DNA of 64,000 bases. Source: Psammoneis japonica (Eukaryota). This document shows positions 37,202 to 49,885 of the stretch, one piece after another. The number at the start of each line of letters is the position of its first letter. Position 1 is the stretch's first letter. The stretch is taken from assembly GCA_008632985.1 (NCBI GenBank), contig QPGO01000093.1, positions 62,001-126,000 of the forward strand, read 5' to 3'. A program made the position numbers and the translations under genes. The notes beneath the pieces were generated by a model. It did no database searches. It saw only the letters and a list, made by a program, of their open reading frames with translations, and was not told where the DNA came from.

Positions 37202-37681
37202 TGTTGTGATTCAGAGTATGACTGAAGATGTAATACTATAGCGTTGTGTTCTCATGAATAATGTAGATTACCGGAGCCGTAAGGTTTTGCTTCGCCTGTT
37301 GTCCGACCGCCATGGCAGTCAAACGGCGAAAAATATTGAAGCCAAAACATACTACAACGACCGACCGACCAACGACCAACGACAATGGCGCGCGCGTACG
37401 GTGGATGGACGGACACGAACCGATGAGAGTCTGTCCGTCCATATGTCCTTTTGTCGGCGATCTCCATCGGTGCGGTGAAATTTCAAGTAGATCTACTGAC
37501 GTCATAGGGGTCATTGTCGTATGTTTCTACGACAACGGCGTTTTTGATTTTTTGACGCCGACCACAACATCGCCACGAAAACGCCGACACCTCACCGTGT
37601 TGTTGTTGTGCTTCTAGTAGAAGTACTCACAACATCAAGACAACAGGAACAACAAAAGCAAGTACTCAAAAAGAAACAGTA

Positions 37682-38836
37682 ATGGTTGTCCGAACTGCTT
37701 TAGACGAGGTCTCCGAAAACGGGGAGTTCAAGCGAGTGGATGCCGCCTGGAGAAACCACATTAGTCGCGGTGAGTGAGGAGAGAATGCGTGAGACGGGAA
37801 TGTACACCAATTCTTGATGAACATGTAGCAACTCATAGTCATCCCACGTCCCTTTGTTTTTTTTCTTTAGAACCTGGTGCTCAGTTCCCTCCTGAAAAGG
37901 ATCGTTACCACTTGTATGTCGCTTACGCCTGTCCCTGGGCCAACCGTACGCTCATGGTGCGTGCCTTGAAGGGCCTCGAGGACGTAATTTCCATCACTGT
38001 CGTTCATCCGGTTTGGCGCAAGACAAAGCCCAACGATGAACAAGATCAGCACACGGGTTGGGTCTTTGCTGATCCCAATGGCAAGCCGTTTCCCAACACC
38101 ATTGGGCTGGGCGGTCCTTTTCCCGCTTCGCTTCCCGGAAGTGAACCGGATCCAATTTATGGTTCCTACTGCATTCGCGACTTGTACGAACGTGCTGGAG
38201 ACACGAACAAAAAGTACACGGTGCCGATTTTGTGGGATAAGAAACTCAACACCATTGTCAGCAACGAATCGGCTGAAATCATTCGTATGCTCAATTCGGA
38301 ATTCAACGAGTTTGCCAAGAATCCCGACTTGGATCTGTACCCTCAAGACTTGCGTGAGGAGATTGACCAGGTGAATGAATGGGTGTATCCCACCATCAAT
38401 AACGGTGTATACCGTTGTGGCTTTGCGACTTCTCAAACAGCCTACGACACTGCCATTGATCAATTGACCAAGTCGTTTGATCGCATCGACAACATCCTCC
38501 AGAAGCAGCGCTTATTGCAGGAGACAGCTAACAGAAGCCGACGTGCGACTCTTTGTAACCTTGGTGCGATTCGACGAAGTCTATGTCGTTTACTTTAAGA
38601 CCAACACGCGCAGTGTGGCGGGTTCTCCTGCGATTTTGAATTATCTCCGCGAAATCTACCAGACGCCCGGCGTCGCTGACACGGTGAACATGGAGCAAAT
38701 CAAAATGCATTACTACGCATCTCATCCCAATTTGAACCGGTGGTCCATTATCCCCCGTGGTCCCGACTTTATGAAACTCTTGGACGAACCACACAATCGT
38801 GATGAAGTGACCAAGAGACAAAAGATTGAAGAGTAG
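37682..38836 (+). CDS. Glutathionyl-hydroquinone reductase (GST Xi/omega-like, ECM4/YqjG family); intron 37770-37870; apparent frameshift at ~38510
   Basis: RYHLYVAYACPWA.R, YTVPILWDKK, IVSNESAEI, INNGVYRCGFA, LTEADVRLF.TLVRFD.VY. Confidence 0.92.
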
Positions 38837-39308
38837 AAATGTGCTGATGTAATAACCATGTATTTCTTCCACTTCTTGTGGTGCAGTTCTCCATAGGCTA
38901 GTCTCTACTGTAGATTATCCACAGAATAAAGAATCAGAGGAAGGCGGATAGCAAAATTCACTCGGAACTTTCATCAGAAGGCCATCCATAGCTTGATGGA
39001 CAGTCACAGCCGTACTTGTACGGCAGAAATGACAGATGCTTCTTTTGAAGTTCACGAGGTCAGCACGAGCGATTTACCCGTCGCGGCTAAGACCATACCG
39101 GTACTAGCATAGCTTTCAGGCCGAACGGAACAAATGTGGAAGAGAAGACTAGCCTCAATGGTCCCGGCACCGCCCATTTCTCTATTGTACCGTACTGCCA
39201 AGAGCGATGAAGACGGTGACAACTTGGCAAGTCTACCAAATTTGTAAAGAGCTATGGATTGAATAAGACTGAAGTTATACAACTCGTCTACAACAGCGCT
39301 TTCTCACT

Positions 39309-40118
39309 CTAAGCTTCACGTCCAACCGGTGGACACTTGGAAACGTAGACATCGGCATTGGTAATCATTCCCAAGCAACTAATTCCCAAAAAGGAAATAA
39401 AGCTAAAAAAGAAAATAAAGAGAATTCCAGCAAAGATATTGGGCGTCATGTGTACATAGTACACGCCACTCAAGTCGTCATTGTTGTTACCACCGCCATC
39501 AGCGTAATCGGCGTTTTCCTCTTGTTCCAACCGGCGGCCGTGCTGCTGCTGCTTCTTCTTGTCTTGATTGCGAGACGCCTTGACTTCTTCGGCTCCACGA
39601 ATTCCCGTCAAGACAACATTGTCCATACCTTCATGTTGAATGGCACTCACAACAGCCTCGTCTAATTCTGCCGGGTCCGTATCGCAACTCACCTGCACAA
39701 AGTGCACTTGCGCTTCCGCCGCAGACTTGAGTTTGCTCTTGAATTCGTTGAGGGATGTCGATACAGCCACAATGGGTTGTTGGGCAGCACGAACGTCTCT
39801 CAGAACCGTGTTGAGAGTTTCCATACCCATGACGTGTTGATGAATGGCATGTGCCGGCGTCGATGCAACACGGGGCAATTGGGTCGCCATGGCCTCCACC
39901 GCGTCCTTGCCCTCGGCGTGCTTGTCCAGTACAAAAATCGTGGAACGCTCGGCCTTGTTGGAAACGACCGAGGACAGAAAATCTCGGGCCTTTGTTTCGT
40001 GAGAATGATACATGCAATCGTGGTGTGCCGCAGCAGAGGATTTCTTCCATACAATTGCGGGGGTTGCAGCGGCATGTTGTGCCAATAGAGTCGTTAGAAT
40101 CAGAACAATGACCTTCAT
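39309..40118 (-). CDS. Probable V-ATPase accessory subunit Ac45/VOA1-like protein
   Basis: Signal peptide, luminal region, and C-terminal MTPNIFAGILF..TM with a short tail. Confidence 0.65.
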   Translation of the reverse strand: MKVIVLILTTLLAQHAAATPAIVWKKSSAAAHHDCMYHSHETKARDFLSSVVSNKAERSTIFVLDKHAEGKDAVEAMATQLPRVASTPAHAIHQHVMGMETLNTVLRDVRAAQQPIVAVSTSLNEFKSKLKSAAEAQVHFVQVSCDTDPAELDEAVVSAIQHEGMDNVVLTGIRGAEEVKASRNQDKKKQQQHGRRLEQEENADYADGGGNNNDDLSGVYYVHMTPNIFAGILFIFFFSFISFLGISCLGMITNADVYVSKCPPVGREA

Positions 40119-40756
40119 GATTTTTATGTGTATAAAGAGGCGTTTCTCGTTGCTGTAACGACTGAATCAAGTATTAAGGAGATAACAGAGTATATATACA
40201 GTGTGTTTGTTGCGTTGTAATACACACAAGAGCAATGATAGCAACAACAACAACAACCTGCTGTTTGCCAAAGACGCAACGCGTTGGCCGCAAAGTGTTT
40301 CAGCGACGGCCGTCCCAACCGAAAAATTTTGGCCGTTAAAGGCGTTACATTGGAGTTCGCATTCATTGCTGCGTCCGTCATGCGTACGGTCGTCGGAGAC
40401 TGCATCAGTACCGTTTCTACGTGATTCTACACAAACAGATTTTCTCAAATTATCAACATTCCATATTCTTTCAACCACTATGACAAATCCTCATGATTGC
40501 AACTCCGACAAGGAATCGTATCTTTCAGTCTTGCAAAGATCGCGCATCCACTCAACATTTTGCATTTCCGTTCCTTCCGGCATGTTTCAGCGTGCGTGGT
40601 CGCGATCCAATGTTTGCTCTCGTTGCCACTGAAATCTGCCACGAATCACGAAAAAGATCGTGCAATTGCAAGAGAGAACGAATCCTCAATCACATTCTCA
40701 CTTGCATTCGTCTCATTAATTTTTCTTGTGTGTCTAGACAGTCAGCAATAAAAATC

Positions 40757-42006
40757 ATGGCCAAGCCCAAGCTCGTTCTCGCCTACTCTGGTGGTCTCGA
40801 CACCTCTGTCATTCTCAAGTGGCTCTGCGAAAAGGGCTTTGACGTCATTGCCTTTTGCGCCAATGTCGGTCAGTTCGAAGAAGACTTTGCCGCCGTCAAG
40901 ACCAAGGCTGTTCAGTGCGGTGCAATCAAGTGTGTCGTCACGGACCTTCGCAAGGACTTTGTCGAAAACTACGTCTTTGAAGCCATCAAGAGCAACGCGA
41001 TTTACGAATCTCGATACTTGTTGGGAACCTCCATTGCTCGTCCTTGCATTGTCAAGGAAATGATCCGCATTGCCAACGAAGAGGGTGCCACCTACATTGC
41101 TCACGGTGCTACTGGAAAGGGGAACGATCAAGTCCGGTTCGAAATGAACGCCCAAGCACTCTCTCCCACCATTCAGTGCGTGACTCCCTGGCGTGATGCT
41201 GAATTTATTGAGAGCTTCAAGGGCCGTTCCGACCTTTTGGCCTACTGCACCAAGCACGGTATTCCCGTCGATGCCAAGCCCAAGGCCAACTACAGTGTCG
41301 ACGAGAACCTTTACCACACGTCCTACGAGAGTGGCATGCTCGAAGACGCCGGCTGCTCTGCGGATGACAGCATGTTTAAAATGACAGTCAGCCCCAAGGC
41401 GGCCCCCGACACTCCCGAAGTTGTCAAGATTGACTTTACCAAGGGCGTGCCCACCAAGATTACCAATGTCACGGACGGTACCGTCAAGACGGATCCACTC
41501 GATTTGTTCCTCTACTGCAACCAGCTCGGTGGCAAGCACGGCATTGGCCGTATCGACATTGTCGAGAACCGCTTTGTCGGAATCAAGTCTCGTGGTGTCT
41601 ACGAAACGCCCGGTGGACCATTCTCCGTGCCGCCCATTTGGATTTGGAGGGAGTCACCATGGACCGGGAAGTCAAGCGCATCACGGAAACGCTCTCTGCC
41701 GAATTTGCCAGACTCTGCTACAATGGTTTCTGGTATGCACCCGAGATGGAGTTGATCCGCAACTCGATCGAGTATTCTCAGCGTGATGTCGATGGTACCG
41801 TGGAGCTTGAACTCTACAAGGGCAATGTCATTGTCATGGGACGTACTTCGCCCAAGTCACTCTACAATGCCGATTTGGCATCCATGGATATTGAACACGG
41901 TGGTGATGCCTTTGATTACAACCCTGCCGATGCACAGGGATTTATCCGCATCAATGCGGTCCGCCTCAAGTCGTATGCCGCGCTCCGAGCCAAGCATGCC
42001 AACTAA
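40757..42006 (+). CDS. ASS1: Argininosuccinate synthase; apparent 1-nt frameshift at ~41619
   Basis: [70 protein letters not shown]. Confidence 0.96.
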
Positions 42007-42450
42007 AAAAGAGCAAGCAATTGAAAAACATAAGAAAGCATGGGTTATTATTTGTTGCAATATTGTGTGCGTGGTTAGATAAAGAACTAGATAAGATGAT
42101 ATTTCCTAAACAGAAGTGTATGAGTAGCAATCGTTGCGTCTCTCTCTAGCTACACGAATTGAAATTTATTGTACCAAGACGGAAAATTGTAAGCATCATT
42201 GTGCAGACCAATAGAGAAAACGTGGAAAGGCTGCTACCGTAGCGACTTTCAAGAGCCGCAACAACGAGTGCAATTGGTCTTGTACTGTACAGTACATGAC
42301 CAGCTCGGATCGATTGTGGCAAGATCCATGATCTTTGTCACGAAAGTAAATCAAGTATTTGTTGAATGAGAACGCGAGATTCCAATAATCGTGTTGAAAA
42401 AATAGCTAATGTAAATGAGTTTGCATCGTAATCAACAGAAAGACAGTGCT

Positions 42451-43858
42451 TCACATTACAACCGCCGACAAGTTGTAGAAGAAATCGTTCATCACCTTTC
42501 GTACCCCTTGATCAGAGAGAAGATTGAACTTTGTATCAGCGCTTGACTCAAGAAAGAACTGCTTATACATTGGAGCATTGAAACTCATGCTTGCAACTTT
42601 TGTGTCTTCTCCGAAAACATTCTTACACATGAGCCGATTTCCATCGCTAAAACTCGTTCCTTTCCACACTTTCATTCCTTTATTCAAATTCTCGGGTCTT
42701 GGAAACCTATTCAATGAGCAATCGAATCCATACGAAAATTCCGGAGCGTCCTCTTGTACAATGTGAATCGGGCTTCTTGTTTTGTCATTACTGGACAATG
42801 CCTCATCCTCTGTCCGATTCAATAACACCTCAAAATAACCCTGCAAATCATATTTGGGCAAGGATGTCTCATTATTGCCATGACGCATGTTTTCCAGCAG
42901 CTCATTCTCGAGGGTTCGAACAGCTTGCACTGTTTCCTTGTCCAAAGAGAATATATCCCCAAAGCACCTGTTTCTCCTGTTTCCAAGGTGATAGCCATAG
43001 ACCCAAGGTACTGCCGCATTCACGGCTGCCTTGTCAAATACAACTGTATCTATATCAATCCACACTGGCTGAGGCTGTCCTTCGATCAAATGCTCTTCGA
43101 AGACGTCCAGCTTAGCTCTTGACAATGCAAACCACATGTTTTTGGCCTTGTATGGGTTGTCCCAATACGATTCCTTAATGCCATGAAAAACGATTCCGTT
43201 CATACGAGTCCCCATTGTTGTTAATCCTTGTGATTCCTCAAGAATGTACGTTTCTCGCGCTTTCTCTGGAGGCTGTGAATGCAAAAGCAACAATGGTGCT
43301 GGTAAGTGAGATGAAATCGCGCAAAATAAAAAATTGAAACAGAAAGCACTAACTTACCAGATTTGTGTGCACATGAAGCTGAACTGCACAGCCATGGGAT
43401 CTTACAAGTGACGAATATAAAATACGAAGAGCTCTGCCCACGTCTTGTGTAGACCATCGCGATGTCACTGTTGAAACAGCAAAAGTAACAAACAACACTT
43501 GATCGACATTGCACGGTGCTTCCAATCTCTGACGGTAGGACAAAGCCTCGTTCGCATTGATGCTCTTATGACCAAGTACCGCCTCGTAGTCAATACTATT
43601 GGTTGCAGCGCCAAGAACATATCCGCCTTCTTTCAACCGATCTGATATTTGCTTGGAGCTCTCTGTATGCTGCTTGGTATCGCTGCTTTTTGATTCCAAA
43701 TCAGACACTGACTGGATAAAGGGAGGCATCTGATTGCTGCAGAGCCAAAAAAGTTGACCCAAGCAAACGGTAGCACAGAGAAACTTGAGAAAGACGCTCG
43801 GGCCAATCTTTGTGCGCGTCGATATCGTCGAGCTTTCGCGAATATTCTTCGTCGTCAT
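42451..43858 (-). CDS. Type II membrane protein, probable GT-A glycosyltransferase-like; intron 43273-43357
   Basis: N-terminal TM anchor; DxD-type motif WIDIDTVV; GTAAGT donor and polypyrimidine-CAG acceptor in phase 0. Confidence 0.7.
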
Positions 43859-44143
43859 GTGGTGCTATGATGATTCGTAGTGAACTAACTCCTCGCAAAA
43901 AATGAGTTGTGTGGCAAGCTTCCGCCCTGGTAATGGTCTTGTTCTGCCGCCCTCTTCCTTTTGCAGTAGCCCTACGGTATACTCGTCGCAAAATCTCGTC
44001 CATACCGGTACGCACCATTGCGGCCGTTGGTGGGCGCACAATTTTTTAAAAAGTAGTAAAGGATCTTCGTGTGTGAATACATGCATTGGAACCGTTTGTC
44101 ACCACGGTCCGTCAGGCAGCCGGCGCGCAACGACACACACCTA

Positions 44144-44177
44144 GCTAGAGGGCCCTGCTCTAGCAGGGCCCTCTAGC
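44144..44177. repeat. Perfect 16-bp inverted repeat (2-nt loop) at the left edge of block 3
   Basis: gctagagggccctgct-ct-agcagggccctctagc. Confidence 0.9.
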
Positions 44178-44209
44178 CCTACCCCACACAACCACGTGCC
44201 GTACACAGT

Positions 44210-47200
44210 AACCTGGACGACTCCAAACTTGCTGTGCCTTCCCCTGGCCAACCTCCACACCCCATCTTTGTGACCCACTTTCGCCCCCGCTCTCTCTGTC
44301 TGTGTCTCCTGCACATCCCTCTCTCTCTCTCCTCTCCCCCCCTCGTCCCCCAGGAGCACCAACACGATGCGGGAACTCCTGCCTTCGTGTGTGCACACCA
44401 CCACACACCCCCAGCACCTTTGAGGTGACACGCAACTTGTGCACAACAAAGTTCTGCCCACCCTCTTCTCTCAAAAAATTGCAGCGAGATGAATCACTCT
44501 GTGGCACAACCCCCGCTGCAAAGCCAGCGCTGCTGCAACATGCTGCTGGGATCTCCACATTTGCAAGGAAAAGCCTCTTTCAGCTGAAGCTTGTGCTGGT
44601 GAGTGTGCTTTCTCTCATGCATTGAAGTTTGTGTGCTCTGCAAAAGCAACTGTGCTCTGAAGGGGAGCAAGAAAAGACTCTTGTGGTGGCGGACATGTCT
44701 GCCACCACATGGGATGTGTGGCACACAGCAGCAACACAAAGCACTGGACCCACCCAAACATTGTCTCTAAGAAAAAGAAAGAGGATGCTCTCCTCCTGTT
44801 TTCCAGAGGAAATGTGCACTTCTTGTTGTTGCCAAGGGGGCACAGAGCATCACTCATCATTTTTGTGGTCATTGTCTGAAAACAATGCAGCTGCTGAAGG
44901 TTGTGTCATCATCAAAGCCATTGAGGCACACCAATTTGATGTGTGCAGGGGTGCTTTTTTGATGTCAGCTGCACACAGTGGTGCACTCACCATTGCTGCA
45001 TGCCCTCAGCTTCTGTGCAGGTTTCTACGTGCCTTCTGGCACTGATGTTGCCCTTCTCAGACGGTGTTGATTTGGCTCCAACAAGCCCATTCTGTCCATG
45101 TTCACCAACGGTGCATCCTTGTTGCAGCATGATGAGCAAAGTTCATCAGTGGAAAACAACAAGTGTCGTGGCCAGTTGGTTTGCATGCCAGTTGTCATTT
45201 CTCATAATTTTCTGTTGTCTCAGAAAATTTTCTACACAGGTTCTAGTGCAAATTCTGCGCAGATCCGCAGATGCTGATGATGATCTGCACGTCACTTCCC
45301 CGGACTGCTTTTGTCCTTGCCAGTTGGTCTTTGACACCACTTCTCTTCCTTGCTGTGCAATCATGTCCTTCACTCTTTGTGGTGCAAGTGCCACTTCTGT
45401 TGCGGCCCTTTTCAGCAAGGGTGTCAGTTGTCCTTCGGAGTCATTTGATTGTTGTCCATTTGCCACTCCCATCAGCTTTTCTGCACAAGATCTGGAATTG
45501 TTTCTGTGTGTTGCCACTGAACATCTACGTGTCACTTCTCTGGACTACTTTTGTCCTTGCCAATTGGTCTTCAACCCCACTTCTCTTCTCTGCTGTGCAA
45601 TCAAGCACTTCACTCTTTGTGGTGAATGTGCTGCTTCTGTTGCGGCCCTTTTCAGCAAGAGTGCAAGTCACGCTGTGGTGCCATTTGATTGTCATCTGTT
45701 TGCTGCTGCCATCGGCTTTTCTGCACAAGACCCAGTGTTGTTTCTGCATGCCATGAATGTTTTCTCTGATGACCTGCTCGTCTTGCCTTCAAGGCTCCTT
45801 TTGTGGACCATTTTAAAAACCCATCTGAGTGCAATTGTCCATTGCAGCCAGTTGTGGTGTGCCTTCTGTGGCTGTCATCAACAAGCAAGCAACAAATCCC
45901 TCATGTGAATTGTTCCTTTTCAGTTGTCTTAGTGGGGTGTCACCTTCTGGTGATGCCCGTTCCGGCTGATCCCACTCAAGCTCCTGCTGCACTCAATTGT
46001 GTGCTGGGGGTGTGGGTCAACCGGTGCCGGCCCAGCTGGCAAGGGAGTGACAGCACCTGAAACACAGATCTGGTTTTTTGATGTGTGCAGGGGTCACAGT
46101 TTCGGAAGTGCTTGCCAGCAGTAGAGAATGTTGTCAGCCCACTGGCATGGGCACCACACAATGGCCAGTTCTCTCATCTCAAGAGCTGTGAACACAGCTG
46201 GAGATGAAAATGCAGGGGACACAGTGCCAATGCCCAGCAGATGTTGTCACTCTTGTGCCGAGCATCCCACAAACCTCTTTTGGAAGACACAAGATGAGAA
46301 AAAAACAACAGTTGGCCAAGCCTTGCTCCAAGCCTCGTCCTGCCCCAGCCAAATGGACCACCCCGCCCCCCAGCCACACCTCTCACAAAAACAACAAAAT
46401 GACAGTCAAGGTGCATCTGCTCCTGCAAAGTTTGTGTGCAAGACTGGCAAAGACAATTTTGTAAAGTGCTGGCTTTGCCTTTGTGCTCAAGAAATTCACA
46501 GTGGTTGATTCTCAAAGAGTGTCTGACTTGCAGCACTGGCATCATTCTTCAGTGCAAGCCTTGCTTTTCTGCTGAAAAGTTGGCACTTGCCTCTGGCACA
46601 AAAAAATTCTGTGCACAGTCACACACTCACTCTTCCAAACAACATCTTTTTTTGCTGGTGCTGCTGTGGAGTCTTGGCACTGACCACATGCAAGATGATG
46701 AGAAAAATTGCCGCCAACGACAAAGATTTGATGGTGCAACCATGTTTTGCCTCAACCAAAACAGACTGTTTTGTGCAAAGGAGGCACAACTTCATTTTCT
46801 GGTGTCAGCATCAAGTTTTGTGCAAGTGCCAATCCAAGAAAAGCTCTGATGTCTGCCGCATCATCCACATCCCACCATTGGAGACCTCATGGAGTGCACT
46901 GCTCAAGCTCCTCTTTTTAAATGTGTGATGCCCCACTCATGGTGCCCCCACTCTCAACCCACAAAGAGGAAGCTTTCTATCTTGTACAGGAGAGCTGCCA
47001 AAAATCATGACCAGGTGCCAGCTGAATTTTGCTGCACCTTTCAACAACATGCATCATACGTCCCATGCCATCACAAAGCAACAAGCAGAATTGAGAAGCT
47101 GGTCCTTCACACACTCTGCCACAACTCTGCCATTCCAGTGTCCCTCCCACATGACAACTCTCCTGTGCACTCCAAGCTGCTGTTTTTGCGCATGCCCCAC

Positions 47201-47590
47201 ACGACGACTGCTGTTGCTCTTGCTGACAAAACCCTCTGTCAGCATCCAGGTGCTTCCCTGACCATGATGCACTCAGTGCCCAGGCAAAACTTTCAACCCA
47301 TCCCCAACTCACCCTCTGTGTGTTTGTGTCCACCCTGCTGACCCTCATGTGCAGGCTGGCCAGCTCAAAAATGTGGCCACATCGTGCTCTCATGCTCCGC
47401 ACCTCTGCCCCGACCCCCAGCAGGGCTTGCTGCGGGGCCTTGGCCTCTCAATCACCAGTCACCAAGTCTCTTGCCGACCAGCTGTCCAGTCATTCATCCA
47501 AACTTCAAGCTCAGCTCTCTAGGGCCCTGCCCCTTCTCCAAGCGGCACATCCGTTTCCCTCTCTGCATGAGGGCCACAAGAAGCTGCCAC
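44210..47590. mobile_element. Hypermutated block 3 (unidentified element relics)
   Basis: Strong TA/CG depletion and broken Cys/His-rich frames; right end homologous to 62140-62230. Confidence 0.75.
45289..45750 (+). repeat. 240-bp tandem duplication
   Basis: gtcacttc at 45291 and 45531; shared cttttgtccttgcca, cttcactctttgtggtg, ctgttgcggcccttttcagcaag and gcttttctgcacaaga. Confidence 0.9.
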
Positions 47591-47847
47591 TCTGCTAGCC
47601 CTCTAAGTAGAGAGCACTGTAAGTTAGTTAGTTGTCTGTCTCTCTTCATTCTGCGCGTCCGTCCGTCTGCCATGCTGTGCCTGGCTGCCGCACCGAAGGA
47701 CGTGGGACGTGGTGTGAGGTGTGAGGTGTGAGACCTGACACACCACCATGGCCGTCGAACGGGTGGGGAGGCTTCCATCGTTCCTTTTTTTGGCGTATCG
47801 ACATCTTCGTTCTCCCACTATGCTCTACAATAGTCGCAACCAAGAAA

Positions 47848-48510
47848 ATGTTGTCTCGTCGATTTGTCACTAGGAGTTTTTCGAGGCTGGCATCAACGAA
47901 TGCCCGAAACTGCATCGCTCCTGCTGCTGCGACAACAACAACAACGCGATCTTTTGCCAAGCGTTCAAACCCGGGAGATCAAAAGAAACAAGCCTCTCGA
48001 AAACCTGACGAAAAGGAAGTTGAGGAGAAATTGGCATGGGTCGAGAACCGACTGCAACAAGCTGAACTCGATCAAAAATACGGCAAGAAACGAGGGGAAG
48101 AGCAAATTCGGAAACTGCTCAAAGAAGAATCGACCAAGAACAGAAGAATAAATCGCAACATGATTGTGACGGAGATCAAGACTCTTTTGTACATGCGTCA
48201 TGCACTACAACACGGGGCGTTGCGACTCAAAGATCTCGTGAAGGGTGGCAAGCTGGGGAAATCCTTTCTGGGAGAAGACAGCAAAGAGAATATTTCGCCG
48301 CAACATGCCAAGACGATTCTACTGGAAGAGTTTCGGTACGGGAAAAGTAGTCTGTTAGAAACTTACATACAAAAACACGAAAAACGAAATGAGCAAAAAC
48401 GATCTACTCAAAAACAGCAAAAAGCAGCGGCTTTGAAAAGACAAGGTGCGGCCGAACAAAAACAAACAATCGAAACCCAACGTGACGAAGAGAAGCACAT
48501 GGCAGATTGA
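47848..48510 (+). CDS. Hypothetical basic/coiled-coil protein with mitochondrial-type presequence
   Basis: MLSRRFVTRSFSRLAST leader; ~220-aa ORF of normal composition. Confidence 0.65.
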   Translation: MLSRRFVTRSFSRLASTNARNCIAPAAATTTTTRSFAKRSNPGDQKKQASRKPDEKEVEEKLAWVENRLQQAELDQKYGKKRGEEQIRKLLKEESTKNRRINRNMIVTEIKTLLYMRHALQHGALRLKDLVKGGKLGKSFLGEDSKENISPQHAKTILLEEFRYGKSSLLETYIQKHEKRNEQKRSTQKQQKAAALKRQGAAEQKQTIETQRDEEKHMAD

Positions 48511-48604
48511 TTTAAACAATTGGATGTATTTGTGGTGAGAAACGGTGATGTGCTTCTACGTTGAAGGTGTGAGTAACTTCCTGTAATGCTTCTCTCTAGC
48601 TTAA

Positions 48605-49453
48605 TCACAATGTTTCACTGTACGATTTCACATCCTCTTTGAGAAGCTCTTGCGCTTTCTTTCTCTTTTGTCTCAACACATTGGCAATTCCCAGACTATC
48701 ACTCCCCGCTTCGGTAAAAGACGCCAGGTCGGGAGTATATCCCACTCCCGAGCTCTTGCTAGTAGCAGTAGCCTTTTGCTTTTTCTTGGCCAGCACTTTG
48801 AGTCTGAGTTGTGCAAGTCTAGCTTCATATGATACCTGCTCTACTTCCGTCGTGTCGATTGATGCAGATGGTTCTTCTTCCTTATGTTGTGGCTGTTTGG
48901 AACCTGTGGCATTTTCACTAGTTTCTTTTACTTTTCGCGGCTGATTCTTTTCTTTTGCAGCTTGTAATTTCATTGGTTCTGCTGAAGCTGATCGTGCTAC
49001 TGTATCTACCGATTTGTCGACATTTATGAGATCCTCAAACTCCTTCCAAGCTTCTTCGCTCACTTTGCCAGGTTGTTTCGTAGACACATCTGTAGTTGTG
49101 CTTTCAGCAACTTTTGGTTTCGAGTCTCTCATTACCATTTCATTCCCGTTTGATGTAGCTACTCGACGTATTTCTTCTTTAGGCGCAGCTGCAGCCACCT
49201 TCACAGTCTTTGCCTTTTTTACAACATGCTTTTGTGGTGGTTCTTTTTCGCTGCTTTCATCACTACTACTGCCATAATTGGTTCCCAACAGGGATGATAC
49301 TTGTTGTTTTTGCGTCGGCGGCGGACTCCTCGGTCGCTTTGATTTTTTCAAAATACTCTTGGGTGCAGGCTTTGGAGGAGGCGGAGCTGCCTTTTGTTTT
49401 TCGCGTTGCAACTTCATGAGCCGTCGAAGCTCGGCTTGTTTGGATGACGACAT
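48605..49453 (-). CDS. Hypothetical nuclear protein, weakly ZNF830-like
   Basis: ELRRLMK N-terminus and EEAWKEFE motif; no zinc finger seen. Confidence 0.6.
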   Translation of the reverse strand: MSSSKQAELRRLMKLQREKQKAAPPPPKPAPKSILKKSKRPRSPPPTQKQQVSSLLGTNYGSSSDESSEKEPPQKHVVKKAKTVKVAAAAPKEEIRRVATSNGNEMVMRDSKPKVAESTTTDVSTKQPGKVSEEAWKEFEDLINVDKSVDTVARSASAEPMKLQAAKEKNQPRKVKETSENATGSKQPQHKEEEPSASIDTTEVEQVSYEARLAQLRLKVLAKKKQKATATSKSSGVGYTPDLASFTEAGSDSLGIANVLRQKRKKAQELLKEDVKSYSETL

Positions 49454-49885
49454 GATTTTCAAATAACAATCAACTAGAGTGCTCGTTTGTCGAGAGGTAG
49501 AATTTGTGGATATGTGTAAAGAAACTTCCCTAAAATCACAACAACAGCAACGGGCGACACATCCAGCGCAGCAACAAGATGTTGAATAATGAGCAAAAAA
49601 AAATGAAAAATGAGGCACCAACGCAACGGGCAACGCGGGAGAGAGACAGACAGTGGTTCTCGCGACCTCGCGCGGCAACATAGGCTTTCAGTACAAGATA
49701 ACGTAATTTCTACTTACGGTAACACCTACAGGATGAATACCGCGAAAAATGGCGCGAAATATCTCTCGCGGAACGGACTGCGACGCTGTTGGCTGTGCTG
49801 TTGCTTCCTCCGGCCCTCACTACACTCGACTCCAACATTTCTCTCTCTGTTGTCATCACAGACAATCAATCCATCCACAACACCG

